DNA of 64,000 bases from Octopus sinensis (lineage: Eukaryota): positions 17,918,001 through 17,982,000 of the forward strand of contig NC_043006.1 of the NCBI RefSeq assembly GCF_006345805.1. Direction: 5' to 3'. The notes under the pieces were generated by a model, which worked only from the letters and a program-made list of their open reading frames with translations, had not been told where the DNA came from and ran no database searches. Shown one piece after another: positions 12,126 to 23,970 of the stretch. The translations under genes and the position numbers were made by a program. Position 1 is the first letter of the stretch. Each line of letters begins with the position of its first letter.

Positions 12126-13189
12126 GATATAAAATCAATCACATCTCTGCTATAAGTTAGGTTGTCTATTCAAGAAAAATTCTGCGGCAGTTATACATGC
12201 TTTTTTTCCTTACACACCGGTGTAGTGAAAGTTGGATATTACACCTTACATTTTTTTAAGAATTTAATTAGGGGGTGATGATGATGATGACAACAGCAAT
12301 GTAAGAAAGAAAAGAAAAGAAAAGAAAAGAAAAGCTAAAAAACAATAAACAGAGAAAAAATTAAACTTGATTACCAGAAAATGAATGTAGAAATAACTTT
12401 ACATCACTTACCATGGTGTCTGAGGAATTTTTTTTTTTTTTGACCTGTCTATAGATCTCATTTATGAGGGACAGTTTTGTTATTTTGTTTGTTTATGTGT
12501 GTGTATATTCTTTCCTTTTTTTTCTGTGAAGAATAAGTTATTTCCATCAACAAAAGATCAAATATCTATAAAAGAAAGAGCCACCATAACTTGTAATTTA
12601 TATATGTATATATATATATATATATATGTTCATTCTTTATTGCTTACAGCTAGCTAATTTTGAATTTTCTGAACTAGATCATGATAGACAAAAATAAGTT
12701 GTGTGTTTGTATGTGTGTATATATATATATAGATATAATTACACACACTTGTATATACACCTATATATATATATTGTATAGTTTAGTTATTTGTAGTCTT
12801 CCAATTTTTTACAACTTTTTTCTCTTTCCTTTTGCTTTTCTTTCCACTTCTTTTTTTTTTAAACAACCATTTCCACCAGCAATGTGGCTGGGAGCTTAAG
12901 ATAGCTTTGGGTTAGTTATAAGTTCACAAAACAAGATAAAACTTACCATGAAATGCGGTGCTTTATTGTAGATGTCACATCAGCTTGTCATCATTAGATA
13001 TAAACATTGGAAAGAAACAAAGAGAGAAGAACTATAGCCAGCTGCTAAGCAGAGGAGATGGAGAGCATTCCATCCAACTTGGCTCTCTGCACACTATCCT
13101 CTACAGCTATACAAGCAGTAGCACATTCTATTGGTTATTGATGTCGTAATAAATATTGAACTCCACCCACCCACTCTCGTCTCTTTCTA

Positions 13190-13206
13190 TCTCTCTCTCT
13201 CTCTCT

Positions 13207-13301
<95 letters not shown>

Positions 13302-13317
13302 TACATGCATACATATA

Positions 13318-13373
<56 letters not shown>

Positions 13374-13581
13374 TACATGCATACATATATGTATGTGTGT
13401 ATGTATATACATATACACATGTACACACACATGCATATACACACACACACACACACATGTGTGTGTATATTCCTCGCCTCTCTATAAACTCACGCTCACA
13501 CATTTCTCCAAGATCTTGTCCTTTTTTTTCTTTTTATCTCTTATATGTGATCATCTCTTATATATGAATGTGTTGATGTAC

Positions 13582-13614
<33 letters not shown>

Positions 13615-13629
13615 TATATATATGTATTC

Positions 13630-13690
<61 letters not shown>

Positions 13691-13692
13691 AT

Positions 13693-13742
<50 letters not shown>
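13190..13742. repeat. (CT)/(TA)/(TG)/(CA) compound microsatellite
   Basis: Direct reading. Confidence 0.92.
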
Positions 13743-13745
<3 letters not shown>

Positions 13746-14763
13746 TAATGACATACACTGACATGCATGTCTCTGTATGTTGATTTGTATGGATTTCTTT
13801 GTGTGTGGTTTCCTTTATATTAAAGTTAGTAAGGAAACACCTATCGTTTGTTGAAATTCAGACATCAGCAACTTGAGATTCACTACACTTAAAACAGCAT
13901 TTTATATTTTCACAGTTCTGTTTGCAGATAGAGTTTAGTGGTTTTGATATTAAGCGGAGTTAAGAGTCCTTTTACTCTATAACAGAAGGCGTGTGGCTTA
14001 ATAGTTTGTGTAATTAACTCACGATCATAAGGTTGTGGGTTTGATCCTCAGCGGCACATTGTGTTCTTGAGCAAGACACTTTATTTCACATTGCTCCAGT
14101 CCACTCAGCTGGTAAAAATGAATTGTACTTCAATGCGCCAGCCGTGTCACATACAGTGGGTCACACTGAATCTCCCTGAGAACTATGTTAAGGGTATGCA
14201 TGTCTGTGGAGTACTCAACCACTTGCATGTTGATTTCACAAGCAGGCTGTTCCATTGATGAAATCAACTGGAAAACTCCGCATCATGGCCAACAGAGTAT
14301 CCACCCACTCAGTAACAGCTTCTCAGTTTTGTTGCTTAACTCTTTTATGTCTATATTTCTAACTTGCATTCTGTCTTCTTAGGTTTTAATTTTCAAAATA
14401 ATTGGAAATTACAAAAAGTTTGGTGAAATTACCAACTTTGAAACTTGTTAAAAGACAACTATTTGTACTCAGAATTGAATATACAAGTGAGATAAAAGAC
14501 TCTGCAAACCACCTCACAATGTTATCCTTCTAAGTAGGGAGTTGCTCTGAATAACAGTTATGACAGGGTAGATAGGGCTCTTTAGTTCTCTTTAGTGCTT
14601 CTTGCATGGGGTAAACTCCCTAGCACAGTGGTATACTAAATTGTTTCTTAGAGAGATACAGTGGGATTTGGCCAACCCATGCCAACAAGGAAAAACAGAC
14701 ATAAGATCATGATAATGAATCTTATATTATCTTCCTTAGATTCAAATTTAAAACTTAAGCACT

Positions 14764-15270
14764 TTAACCCTTTAGCATTCAGACATAATCCTGTCAAACA
14801 TAATCCTTATTTATTCAAACTGATTTGAAATAATCATTCGTTATCTCATAGCTTTGAGATTTCAATGACGTGATAGTATCATCATCATTTAACATCCGCT
14901 TTCCATGCTAGCATGGGTTGGACAATTTGACTGAGGTCTGGCGAAGTAGACTCCAATCTGATTCTGGCAGAGTTTCTACAGCTGGATGCCCTTCCTAATG
15001 CCAACCACTCTGAGAGTGTAGTGGGTGCTTTTACGTGCTACCGGCACGAAGGCTAGTTTGATGGTACTGGCAACGGCCACGCCCAAATGGTGCTTTTTAT
15101 GTGCCACCTGCACAGGAGCCAGTCTAGCGGCACTGGCAATGACCTCGCTCGAATGTGCCTTTCAGAAAGACATTATATGGCATGTGTGAGTGGCTGAATC
15201 TGACCAGTTTGAACACAAAGCATGCAGAATATTTGGGCCTGGTGTGGCTGGTGTTAAATGATGAAGGATT
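14764..15270 (-). mobile_element. Family B MITE interrupted by an RTE 3' tail (14878-15158)
   Basis: B body stops at GACGTGATAGT and resumes at TTTCAGAAAGACATT after the (CAT)n-led RTE tail. Confidence 0.68.
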
Positions 15271-15674
15271 ACGAATGAAGCGATTTGAGAATGGGTTAAG
15301 ACATTTGGTATGAATCATACTTTATTGATATTATATTAATTTATAATCATAATGCAGAGTATGGACGTTCTGAAGCAACTGTCCTAACATGTTTTTCTTT
15401 CTCAGCGACTTGAAATGAAATATTATTTATTTTAAAGCTAAGTATAAAATGACATGAAATTGCATCGTTCATGGATTGTGGGAAATTATAAAGATGAATG
15501 CTGTGGCTCATATAACAGGACATATGATATACTGACACTAAAAACAAATATGCTTGCTTGACATGTTAAACATAGCTGGTAAATTTCCCTATTTTTGTCA
15601 GACCCTTTTTTAAAAAAAAATTAAAATGAGACATTGAATTATTTAGTCTTATATTATAGCTTTTATCTATTATC

Positions 15675-16769
15675 TCTTACTTGTTATAGTCATTGGGCTG
15701 CAGCCATACTGGGGCACCACCTTGAAGGTGTTTTTAGTTGGGGGAAAAATTGACCCCAATTTATGTGTGTGGGGGGGGGGTTAAGTCCGGTGCTTATTCT
15801 ATTGGTCTCTGTTATTGAACTGCTAACCTTGTGGGGACATTGACAAACCAACACCAGTTGTCAAATTGTGGTGGGGTGCCAGACACACACACACACAGTG
15901 GGCTTCTTCACAGTTTCTATCTACCAAATTTATTCACAAGACATTGATCAGTCCAGGGCTATAGAAGAAAACACTTGCCAAGAGACTGAACCTGAAGCCA
16001 CATATATATCTTTTATCTTTTACTTGTTCCAGTCATTTGACTGCAGCCATGCTGGGGCACTGCTTTGAAGGGTTTTATTTGAACAAATCAACCACAGGAC
16101 TTATTTTCTTTAAAGCCTAGTACTTATTCTATCAGTCTCTTTTGCTGAGCCACTGAATTACAGAGATGTAAACATACCAACTCCAGATGCCAAGCAGTTG
16201 TGGGGAGGATAAACCCAGACACAACAGCAGGCTTGTCTCAGTTTCTGTCTCCCAAATCCACTCGCAAGGCATTGGTCAACCCGGTGCCTTAGCAGAAAAT
16301 ACTTAACCAAGGTGCCACACAGTGGGATTGAACCTGGAACCATGTGGTTGAGAAGCAAGATTCTTACCACACAGCCATGCTGCACCTATATACATATATA
16401 CTCTCTCTTTTACTCTTTTACTTGTTTCAGTCATTTGACTGCGGTCATGCTGGAGCACTGCCTTTAGTCGACCAATTCGACCCCGGGACTTATTCTTTGT
16501 AAGCCCAATGCTTATTCTATCGGTCTCTTTTGCCGAACCGCTAAGTGACGGGGACGTAAACACACCAGCATCGGTTGTCAAGCAATGCTAGGGGGACAAA
16601 CACAGACACACAAACACGCACACATACACACACATATATATACATATATACGACAGGCTTCTTTCAGTTTCCGTCTACCAAGTCCACTCACAAGGCATTG
16701 ATCGGCCCGGGACTATAGCAGAAGACACCTGCCCAAGATGCCACGCAGTGGGACTGAACCCGGAACCAT
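15675..16769 (-). mobile_element. Three SINE family 1 copies in tandem (~15675-16003, 16018-16388, 16405-16769)
   Basis: Family motifs repeated three times with decreasing divergence. Confidence 0.8.
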
Positions 16770-16866
16770 CTGTTTATTTTTCTATTTTTTCTATTTTCTT
16801 TAACTCTTCCAAATCATTTATTTATCCGTAAAATCAGTTGTTAGAGCCCACTTTATGATGAAACTG

Positions 16867-17273
16867 AGGCAGGAGTGGCTGTGTGGTAAGTAGCTTACTT
16901 CCCAACCACATGGTTCCGGGTTCAGTCCCACTACGTGGCACCTTGGGCAAGTGTCTTCTACTATAGCCTCGGGCCGACCAAAGCCTTGTGAGTGGATTTG
17001 GTAGACGGAAACTGAAAGAAGCCCGTCGTATATATGTATATATATATATATGTGTGTGTGTATGTTTGTGTGTCTGTGTTTGTTCCCCTAGCATTGCTTG
17101 ACAACCGATGCTGGTGTGTTTATGTCCCCGTCACTTAGCAGTTCGGCAAAAGAGACTGATAGAATAAGTACCGGGCTTACAAAGAATAAGTCCCGGGGTC
17201 TAGTTGCTCGACTAAAGGCAGTGCTCCAGCATGGCCACAGTCAACTGACTGAAACAAGTAAAGAGTAAAGAGC
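16867..17273 (+). mobile_element. SINE family 1, full length
   Basis: Head A/B-box-like motifs and AAAAGAGTAAAGAG tail. Confidence 0.88.
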
Positions 17274-17596
17274 TTTTACAGGTGGTTTAACTCCTTTATG
17301 TTCACTGTATGAGGTGCGTACTATTACTTCTTTTGGTTCAATAATACTAACAAGATTTAGTAGAGGACATTTAGGTCATATCTTGCCATTGGGATCACAT
17401 GGTAACATGATCTTCACTTTAATTCACTTCACAAACTCCGACAGCAAAGCGAAAGTGAAAACATGACACGTCATTGCGCCCACATTGCCTCACTCTGGTG
17501 AGAGATGGCACAATACGCGACGCTTTGAAGCATCATTTACACCCACCCATAAGGGCCATGCATTTCAATCCAACTCGGGTGTAGCAGGTGGCTGGG

Positions 17597-17660
17597 GACC
17601 CAAAAGATGACGATTTATGCTCAGTCTGGATGAAGCCAGAGGAAACTCTGGTGGAGGTCC
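17597..17660 (+). rRNA. Isolated degenerate 28S rRNA fragment (not a functional gene)
   Basis: GACCCAAAAGATG...GAAGCCAGAGGAAACTCTGGTGGAGGTCC; the last 29 nt match the conserved LSU core as I recall it, about 52/64 overall against the recalled human sequence. Confidence 0.72.
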
Positions 17661-19211
17661 AAAGTGCCTAAAAGAGAGAAAGAAAAAAAAATTATTTGTT
17701 GTTCTCTCTCAAACACACTGTAAAAAGCTCCCACTGTTTTGTAATTTGTTCTTGTAATACACTTCATCTGTCAGCCCTTAAGGCATTGAAAAAAAACAGG
17801 TTGGGAATAATACAGTACACTATCAGTATTTACTTTACTCTAAATTCTATAAAACCACTATTCAAGTTAACACTTGTTTACTAGTCACTCATTTCTGTAT
17901 TTTCCCCCTGTTCTCTTTGTGAGGTATCTGACTTATTTATTTATTTATTTGGCATATAGTTTAAAATTATTTATATACTTTATATGGCCATTCCATAATA
18001 GTTATATTCACATTGCTTCTATCATTTTAAAGTTTATTTTCTCTTAATATTCTTGGTATCTTCATATAAGCTTTTGTTGGTCTTTGATTGGTCCTTGTTA
18101 CCATAATTTTCATTCCTTCTGTTATGTTTTCTGCCAAAGTCAACTTTGTCTTTAATCTTTTCTGAGTCAATAAAATAAGTACCAGTTGAGCACTGGGGTT
18201 GATGTGATTGACTCAACCCCCACCCCACGAAATTTCTGACTTTGTGCCAAATTTGAAACCATTATCGTGCCTAGTCTAAGCAAAAACTGTCTTTCGGGCT
18301 CTTTTTCCAAACACATTTTCAGTCCTCCTCACCATTTTCTCTACTCTTTGAAAATTTTCCTAATCTCCCCATGTACACTAATTGTCACCTGGACTTAGGT
18401 CTGACATGATCCTAGGACTCATAAGGCCAAAACTTAACCTGGCTTCCATGGGGTTTAAGTGAGATTATAATATTCACCCCAGAATGGGACTCGGTCTGTC
18501 ATAGAGTTAACTTCCCTGCCATTGCTGGAATTACTTTACAGCTTAGTGGACTGGAGCAATGTGAAATGAAGTGTTTTGCTCTAGAACACAACAACTCACC
18601 TGATCCAGGAGTTGAAACTGCAATCTTATGATTGCAGGTGCAACACCTTAACCACTGAGCCATACACCTTTGTTACCAAAAAAATTTTTTTTTTTTTTTT
18701 TTTTTACTGAACAAATTTTTAAAAATATCTTTTGATTCACTAAATGAAATTTCCTGGGGCTGCTATGCTTTAAAATATGATAATGCATAATTTTCCTTTC
18801 ATTATCATGATAATATCAAACAATCTTTTAGTTTAACATTGAAATGTTGAGTTTCAGCAGGTGTAAAAGATCTAATTATTATTATTATTATTAATTCTTT
18901 CACTTCTCAATGAGCAATTCTACAATTCTAACAATATAATTATTAGAGTATATTTGCAATTTTCTCAAATAGCTTCAGCTATATGTGAAATAGCACAGAA
19001 TCTGCTGTTGATATTAATTTAATATCAACAGTTGTACAGATAAAACCTTCAAACTCATGCTTAAGGTTGCTTTTCCTGTTGCCATCTCTATGGTTTCTCT
19101 TACTTTTCACGCCACTTATTAAATGGGCTGGCATTCTTTTCTCTTCTGTTCAGTTGCTCCCTAAATTTGTTATTCTTTTTTTTTTTTGTTAAATTCTGCC
19201 CTTGAATTTTT

Positions 19212-19902
19212 AATATCAATCAACAGTAAGTTGGTGAGCTGGCAGAATCGCTTACATGCTAGTCAAAATTCTTTGTGGCATTTTGTCCATTTTTATGTTC
19301 TGAGTTCAAATTCCACCTAGGTCAACTTTGCCTTTCATCCTTTCTCGGGGTTGGTAAAATAAGTACCAGTTGAACATTGGGGCTGCTGTAATCAATTTAG
19401 TCCCTCCTCCGAAATTGTTTGCCTTATGCCAAAATTTGAAACCAATATTAATTGGCTGTAAGGCGATAATCTGGCAGACTCGTTAGCGTGCTGGGCAAAA
19501 TGCTTAGTGGCATTTTGTCCATATTTACATTCTGAGTTCAAATTCCACCTAGGTCAACTTTGCCTTTCATCCTTTCTCGGGGTTGGTAAAATAAGCACCA
19601 GTTGAACACTGGGGTTGATATAATGAACTTACCCCTTTCTCCAAATTTGCTGGCCTTGTGCTATGATTTGAAACGAATATTAATCAACTGTATGGCAGTA
19701 AGCTGGTTGACTAATTAGCATGCTGGGCAAAAAATGCTTAGTGACATTTCATGAGTTCAAATTCCACTGAGGTCAACTTTGCCTTTCACCTTTTGGGAGT
19801 TGATGAGCAACAGTTGGACACTGGGGTTGATGTAATCAACTTACCCTATCCTCAAACTTTCTGACCTTGTGTCAAAATTTAAAATCAATATTAATCAACA
19901 GT
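19212..19902 (+). repeat. Tandem trimer of a ~215 bp SINE (family 3)
   Basis: Spacer AATATTAATCAACAGT variants at 19212, 19444, 19676, 19887 (periods 232, 232, 211); solo copies at ~57617-57838 (+), ~22635-22805, ~51395-51600, ~53640-53760 (-). Confidence 0.82.
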
Positions 19903-19954
19903 GATTTCGTTTTCTTTACTTTTTTTAATGTTTTTCACCCTAATGTGAAGGCAT

Positions 19955-20340
19955 GGAAGCACTCCGTCAGTTACGACGACGAGGGTTCCGGTTGATCCGA
20001 ATCAACGGAACAGCCTGCTCGTGAAATTAACGTGTAAGTGGCTGAGCACTCCACAGACACGTGTACCCTTAACGTAGTTCTCGGGGACATTCAGCGTGAC
20101 ACAGAGAGTGACAAGGGCCGGCCCTTTGAAATACAGGTACAACAGAAACAGGAGGCAAGAGTGAGAGAAAGTTGTGGTGAAAGAGTACAGCAGGGATTAC
20201 CACCATCCCCTGCCGGAGCCTTGTGGAACTTTTAGGTGTTTTTGCTCAATAAACACTCACAACGCCCGGTCTGGGAATCGAAACTGCGATCCTATGACCG
20301 CGAGTCCGCTACCCTAACCACTGGGCCATTGCGCCTCCAC
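19955..20340 (-). mobile_element. tRNA-headed SINE (family 2) with 13 bp TSD
   Basis: Minus strand TGGCCCAGTGG A box and GTTTCGATTCC B box; AATGTGAAGGCAT at 19942-19954 and 20341-20353. Confidence 0.88.
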
Positions 20341-20501
20341 AATGTGAAGGCATAGTGGTTAGGGTGCTGCACTCATGATTGTGAGATTGTGGTCTCGATT
20401 CAAAGACCAGGTGGTGCATTGTGCTTTCAAAACAAAACACTTCATTTCCTGTTGCTCCAGTCTGGTCAACTGTAAATAAGTTCCAGAAATAGCTGGGAAG
20501 T

Positions 20502-21436
20502 GGATCTTTGTGGTTTTCGTCACTGTTTACAATTATCTTTAAAAAAATATTTTAATGTATCATACAGATGTAATTTTTGACGCTGAATCCGAATTTGTTA
20601 TTCATTTATTCCAGAAAAATTTTGCAAAAATATTACAGGTGTTCAAATTTTGATAATTTTCAGCCAATCAGAAAACAGTGCGTTCGTTGCCTCTTCCATG
20701 GGGGGGGGGCACATCAGCATGTCAAAGCATTGTTAGAAATAACAGTCACGTGAACGAAGTTAACATTAAAATATTTGTAAGCAAATTAAATATTTAAAAG
20801 CTACGAACAAACAAACCAACAGAAGTTGCTAGAAATAACAGTCAAAATATTGTTTAAAACAGACATTTATTAGTTTAAAAAATTCAAGAGCGAAAGTTTG
20901 CAATACACTCTAGGATTTTATAAAATAAACTAGCTGGCCCCTGTGCCATCAAAAATGACGGCTGATTATAGTATTTTATATATAAATATGGATGGTAAAT
21001 CAAATAAATAAACTTGTCAATGTTCACATACTTCCCCATCACACCATCCTTTCTCATTCATATGTTGTGATGGTGTATTATTATAGTAGAAGATTACCTT
21101 TCTCGTATCTCCTTCTCCTTATGCATATACGCAGCATAAGTACCAGTTACGCACTAGGGTCGATGTAATTGACTTAATCCGTTTGTCTGTCCTTGTTTGT
21201 CCTCTTTGTGTTTAGCCCCTTGTGGGTAGTAAAGAAATAGGTATGTAGAATACTCACTTCTGATTGGCTACAATACCCAAATTTTGCAAATGTTAAAGGC
21301 TAATAACTTTTTAATTATAGATTTATATGGAAAATGAATTCCATTTTCATAATTAGTTTACAAAACTTAATCCATACACCAAATTTGAAAGCAATAGGAA
21401 CAAAATTGTAAACAGTGACGAAAACTACAAAGATCC
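20502..21436. mobile_element. Non-autonomous TIR DNA transposon (935 bp), superfamily unresolved
   Basis: 33 bp TIR GGATCTTTGT(G/A)GTTTTCGTCACTGTTTACAATT; 8 bp TSD TGGGAAGT/TGGAAAGT; host SINE resumes after it. Confidence 0.8.
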
Positions 21437-21766
21437 TGGAAAGTTAACCCTGTGATGGACTAGCATCCCATTCAGGAGAGAGTGTTGTAATCTCAGTCAC
21501 TTACACATTATGGAAACTGGGTGAAGCTCTAGCCTTATGAATCATATGGCTCATGACAAGTCTAAGTTTAACACCTTAGCATTTTAACCAGCAATGTGTA
21601 GCCTAAATATTCTCCCTATGTTACATTCAAATTGACCAGATCTGGCCTGTCACACCTATCCTACGATGTCATTCTAAATATACACATAATTACATCATTG
21701 AAATCTCAAAGCTGTGAAATAACACAAGATTAATTCAAAACAATGTGAATTAAATAAGTATTACGT

Positions 21767-22121
21767 TTAACCCTTTCATTACCGTATTTATTTTGAGATG
21801 CTCTGTTTCCTTCTATTATATTATATACAAGGTGTCCGCAAAGTCTGGGTACATGGGGATTGACACATACTTTAAGAAATTATTATTTCTTATTTAATTC
21901 TTTATGTTATGGTTTTATTTATTCCATGTACCCAGACTTTGTGGAGACCCTGTATAACAAAGAATTTAGTAAAATAACTAAGTTATCATGCAGCTAGTGT
22001 TAGGAACATAAATTGTGACTATGGTTTGGTGGAAGATTTTAAATTCAGAACTTTTGAAAACAAGACATTTGTACTACAGAGCCAGAGCCGGTTTCAGCCG
22101 GGTTGGTAAAGAAAGGGTTAA
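21767..22121 (+). mobile_element. piggyBac-type MITE family A (~230 bp), carrying a nested Tc1/mariner MITE
   Basis: TTAA|CCCTTTC...GAAAGGG|TTAA ends. Confidence 0.85.
21828..21952. mobile_element. Tc1/mariner MITE (125 bp)
   Basis: TA|CAAGGTGTCCGCAAAGTCTGGGTACATGG ... CCATGTACCCAGACTTTGTGGAGACCCTG|TA. Confidence 0.85.
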
Positions 22122-23030
22122 CAGATCAATCTGAATGCTAAAGGGTTATAAAGTCTAGACAAGTCTATCTAGCAATGATAGACTAGTCTATCCTGCTAAT
22201 TAAAAGACAGGAAAACCTACTAGTTCTCTACTGACATTTTCTATCATAGTTTTCAATCACTAACTCTATTTTTCTGCTTTCGTTCTTCATTGACATAATA
22301 AAAATTGTGAGATTACATCATCTGTCAAGAAACAGCTGTTTGTTGTATAGTCTATCAAGGGAACTATTGGAAATTTTTCTATTGTTGTCTTAACACACTT
22401 GTTTTTTTTTATCAAATATGTTGTGATTTGACTATATTGTAAATAGTTATTTTGCGATGAAATCATCTTGGGAAATCATTTTTGATTTCCCTTCAAATAT
22501 CCTTTGTCTCTGCATATTTTGTTCAGATGTAATAATAATAAAAAAAATGTAAAACGTTTTCAATTAAATGTAATCTGAATTCAATCCTCTTATACACAGA
22601 AATTTATTAAATCAGTAAATTTAATTATAAATTTCAAATTTGGCACAAGACCAGCAATTTTAGGGGAGGGTTAAGTCGATTACAACAACCCCTGTGTACA
22701 GCTGGTACTTATTTTATTGACCCCAAAAGGATGAAAGGCAAAGTTGACCTCACCAGAATTTGAACTCAGAATGTAAAGATGGACGAAATGTTGCTAAGCA
22801 TTTTAAGTGAATTTATTATATATTGTCATTAAAATTACATGTACATTTCTCGAACTGACAAGTGTTGGGTGAGGACTCTGTATAGTCATTATGACCTTCT
22901 AGAAATAGCAGCTAAAAAACAAAAGAAGGGATGTTCACAGCTCAGGTGCTTTTGATCATAAGAGCTGACCTGGAGCTTATTTGAACCTTTTGTCCTATTT
23001 CTATCGAAATATGCTAATTTTGCTTCAATT

Positions 23031-23337
23031 CATCATCATCATCATCATCATCATCTAGCGTCCGTTTTCCATGCTAGCATGGGTTGGATTGTTCAACTGG
23101 GGTCTGTGAAGCCGGAAGGCTTCATCAGGCCCAGTCAGATCTGGCAGTGTTTCTACGGCTGGATGCCCTTCCTAACGCCAACCACTCCGTGAGTGTAGTG
23201 GGTACTTTTTACGTGCCACCCGCACAGGTGCCAGACAGAGCTGGCAAACGGCCACGAACGGATGGTGCTTTTACGTGCCACTGGCACGGGGGACAGGCGA
23301 GGCTGGCAACGGACACGAACGGATGGTGCTTTTACGT
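23031..23337 (-). mobile_element. RTE 3' tail fragment
   Basis: Matches 58302-58560; further minus copies at 14878-15158, 35661-35915, 45538-45720. Confidence 0.8.
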
Positions 23338-23342
23338 AATTT

Positions 23343-23970
23343 TAAAAATTAACAAAGAATTTAGTGAAATAGTTTTTTGTCATTATTGAGCTGATGTTTG
23401 GAACATAAATTAATGTGGAATTTTGGTGGAAGACTTTAATGTAGATCACTTTAACCCTTTGTTACCATATTTCTGTTGAAATACAACTGCCTTTGTTTCA
23501 TTTAATTTTGAAAATAATGAAGAATTTAGTAAAATAAATTTATTATTAGGAGGAGGAGGAGACCCCCTTCGGTTATGAATGACCATGGGATTGCACCTAG
23601 AAAGTTACCCTCCGAGGCACACCACTGATGTTATCCAAGGGAAAGGCAAAGGCCTATACAGCTTGGCATCAGTGACATTGCAACTCATTTCTACAGCTGA
23701 GTTAACTGGAGCAATGTGAAATAAAGTGTCTTGCTCAAGAACACAACACGTATCCCGGTCTGGGAATCGAACTCACAACCTCTTGATCGTAAACTCGACA
23801 ATCTAACCACTGAGCCATACACCTCCACAAATTTGTCATTATTAAGCTACTATTAGGAATATCTACTGGCATTAAATCTTGATGAAAGGTTTTAATTTAG
23901 ATCACTTTAAAAGATGTTTATCTCATAGAACCAAGAGCTGGCTTAAGTAGGTTGGTATTAAAAGGGTTAA
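23343..23970 (+). mobile_element. Family C MITE pair; the second copy (from 23451) contains a minus-strand SINE at ~23551-23830
   Basis: TTAACCCTTTTGTTACCATATTTCTG ... GGTATTAAAAGGGTTAA. Confidence 0.7.

Larger units (their letters stand above)
21568..22148 (+). mobile_element. piggyBac-type MITE family B, split by a family A insertion
   Basis: Starts TTAACACCTTAGCATT, resumes after A at CAGATCAATCTGAATGCTAAAGGGTTA; body matches 50119-50347. Confidence 0.75.

Noticed and set aside
12406-12950. Two minus-strand CATG|GTAAGT donor-like sites (12406-12415, 12941-12950)
   Set aside because: All three frames upstream of the second are closed, no good acceptor for the first, and no phase-compatible downstream exon found
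19212-19902. Regularly spaced repeats considered as a CRISPR-like array
   Set aside because: Eukaryotic context; the spacers are homologous SINE units, not unique sequences
19955-20340. A/B-box heads considered as tRNA genes (also 6494, 30689, 54811)
   Set aside because: No complete cloverleaf that I can fold; each runs into a SINE body
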